Assembly: GCA_002104945.1 (NCBI GenBank)
Contig: MCFH01000094.1
Coordinates: 53,836-117,835 of the forward strand
DNA: 64,000 nucleotides
Direction of reading: 5' to 3'
DNA from: Piromyces finnis finn
Taxonomy: Eukaryota > Fungi > Neocallimastigomycota
This document shows, piece after piece, positions 61,392 through 64,000 of the stretch. The first letter of the stretch is position 1. Each line of letters begins with the position of its first letter. The notes under the pieces were generated by a model. That model searched no databases. It worked only from the letters and a program-made list of their open reading frames with translations, and was not told where the DNA came from. A program made the position numbers and the translations under genes.

Positions 61392-63892
61392 AATAGTCAT
61401 ATCATTTTAACTAAGAAATTCTTTATGTATTTATATTTTATAATAATTTTTTTAATCATATGAATTTCTATTTAATAGTATATATAATATAAAATAAATA
61501 AAATTAATAAAATATTAAATAAAATAATAATTTTAAACTGAAATTAATTAAATCGAATATGTTCATGTATTATCTATATATTAACTTGATATTAACAACA
61601 TTAATTATAATATATATTTTCTAATAAACATTATAAACAAGCTATTTTAAAATTAAATAAAGAATTTTTATAATTATTTTAAATTTTTAATATATAGATT
61701 TGAATATGTTAAATATATATTTTCCCAGGCTTTAATAATTTTGATAAATTTCATAATTCACTACAATTTATTTATTATTAATTAATTAATTTCCTTATTA
61801 CTTTAATTTAACTTTATTAATTAATCATATTACATTTTAATACATTTACATAACACAACTTCATTATTTTATTACATGAATTATATATTACTATATTATC
61901 ATTATAAGCCACATATGAATAGATAATGTGTGGCTTATATATAATCCATAATAAATTTAATACGATTTTCATTTCTAATTTAAATATTTGTTTTATTTTT
62001 ATTTAAATTAATATTACTATTTAATTATTTTATAAAGTGATTATAATATATTCATGTTTTATTAATAAAATATCTTTAAATAAGAAATACTTTTTTTTTA
62101 CTATATATTTATAAATTATGGATTGAAATTTTGTTGTTAGATATAACAAATATTAAAAAGTTATATAAGATATTAATTTATTAATTTATTATTATTATAG
62201 GATAATATTATTTTAACCTTATATTAATAGTAATTTTAAAAAAAGATTATAAATTGTAATATAAATTTCGATTTATTATTTTAATAAAATATAAAATATT
62301 TTTCAATTAATTATTACTTTCATATAATAAATTAGCATTTTATCTTTTTTTTCGATATATTTAAGAATTATAGTTTAGAGAGAAAAAATCTAATATGAAT
62401 AAATATTTTATATATTTAATGAATAAAATTTAGATTTATTTATTTAAAATTCAAAATTTTATAAATTAATGTAATAAAATATAACTATACATATTAAAAT
62501 AAAATTTTTACATTATTTTCAATATAATAAAAGTTAATAATTATATATTATTATCATTGTAATAATGCTTTAAATAAATAAATATTTAATTAAAATAGCA
62601 TGTTGTTCGTAGCAAAAAAAAATATTTAATTGTCTTGATATCACAAGTTCAAATCATAGATATTTCATATTTGTATTTTAAAAAATTTTTTTATTATATA
62701 TGAGAAAAAATTAATTATTTAGTTATTATTGCTTAATACAATAAATTATATAGACTATTATTTTAAATAAACTATATATATACATTTTTTAATTTATTAA
62801 ATAATATTTTTAATGAAAAAAATTATAATTTAATTTATTTTTAATTTAATTTATTTAATTTATTACCAATCATATATATTCAATATAAATATTTAATTCA
62901 TGATAATAATATATTATAATACACTATAATAAAAAAATAAAAAAGTACGAAAAATTAAATTTACAGGTTAGAAAATTTTATTTTATAAATAAAAAAAAGG
63001 TATTTTAAAATTAATTTATAAGAGAGTATTAAAAGTAATATATTAAAAATAAATATTCATTTTAATATATAAATTTCGTATTAAATAAATAGCATTTTTA
63101 ATTATTTAACACAACTATTATTTATCTAATTATTATTATTTCATATAATTATAAATATTTTTTATTTTTTATTTAACCCTTTAATCATTTTAAGGGTTTG
63201 ATTATATTATATTAATAAGTATTTAATCTTCTATAATAACTAATATATTCCACAACAATTTTCATTTCTTATTTTTACATTTTAGCCTGATTCTTTCCTA
63301 TTTTAAATTTTTTTCTTGGTGTAATTACCAGAAACAAAAATGTGATAAGGCAAATGAAAAAGTAATTTTTTTGAATCAATTAGAAGATAAATCAGAAGAA
63401 ATAAAAGCAAATAAATGTAGCGAAAGTTACTATAATATACAAAAAAATATAAAAAGTAGGCATACTAAAAATATGAGCAAGTAATAAAAACAAATTGATA
63501 ATTTCTATATCAAAATAGTTTTTAAAAAGCAATGTATGCTATTAAATAATACTTATTAATTATTAAATATAGTATTGAAATATTAATTATATTCATCAAT
63601 AAATAACAAATGTCAATTTGTATGTTAAATATATAAAGTACAAATAATGTTGTAATTTAATTAAATATGACTATGATGAGCAAAATTAAAAAAATTAAGT
63701 TTAAAATTAAAAAAATTTTAAATTTATAAAAATGCATTTTTTAATATTAAAATGTATGCTGTTAAATATTATTAACTATAGTTTTATCATTATTAAAGGA
63801 TGGAATAGCTATAAAAGTCAAAATTCTTAAATTCAAAAAATAAAAAAAAATATAAAAATAAAAATAAAATACGTATGAAAACAAAAAATAAG

Positions 63893-63965
63893 CGCCCAAC
63901 GTGGGGGTCGAACCCACAACCTTGAGATTAAGAGTCTCACGCTCTACCGATTGAGCTAGCCGGGC
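63893..63965 (-). tRNA. tRNA-Lys: tRNA-Lys(CTT)
   Basis: GCCCGGC/GTTGGGC acceptor, TGAGA-CT CTT AA-TCTCA anticodon arm, T6 run downstream. Confidence 0.97.
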
Positions 63966-63981
63966 GAATTCACACTTTTTA

Positions 63982-64000
63982 TGCTCTGTGCAGGGGTCGA
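63982..64000 (-). tRNA. 3' end of a further tRNA, truncated by the window edge; isotype unknown
   Basis: Minus strand reads TCGACCCCTGC-ACAGAGC-A: T-loop, T-stem, 7-nt acceptor strand and discriminator. Confidence 0.7.

Noticed and set aside
63280-63485. Possible host exon after an AG acceptor
   Set aside because: Needs a frameshift, has no start or partner exons, and no recognisable domain.

Overview
This is an extremely AT-rich eukaryotic window with long (AAT)n tracts. An anaerobic gut fungus (Neocallimastigomycota) is my inference from base composition only. I found no convincing host protein-coding gene. The window holds six complete dispersed tRNA genes, plus a seventh cut by the window end, embedded in nested piles of Ty3/Gypsy LTR retrotransposons. 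There are three ORF-intact elements: two copies of chromodomain-bearing family A and one of family K, which has unusual TA..TA LTR termini. There is also one non-autonomous element (L) with apparently identical LTRs but a decayed pol, and more than 30 solo LTRs or fragments. Family letters are my own labels, and all comparisons were made by eye. Target-site duplications (TSDs) allow the insertions to be peeled off. Many families then sit at fixed, family-specific distances upstream of tRNA genes: 10-12, 14-15, 16, 17-18, 29 and 64-67 bp. Families A, K and L carry Tf1-type self-priming primer-binding sites (PBS). Element L carries an unexplained array of seven conserved hairpins. Two small solo-LTR families carry tRNA-like A/B-box cassettes that appear to have acted as integration targets themselves.
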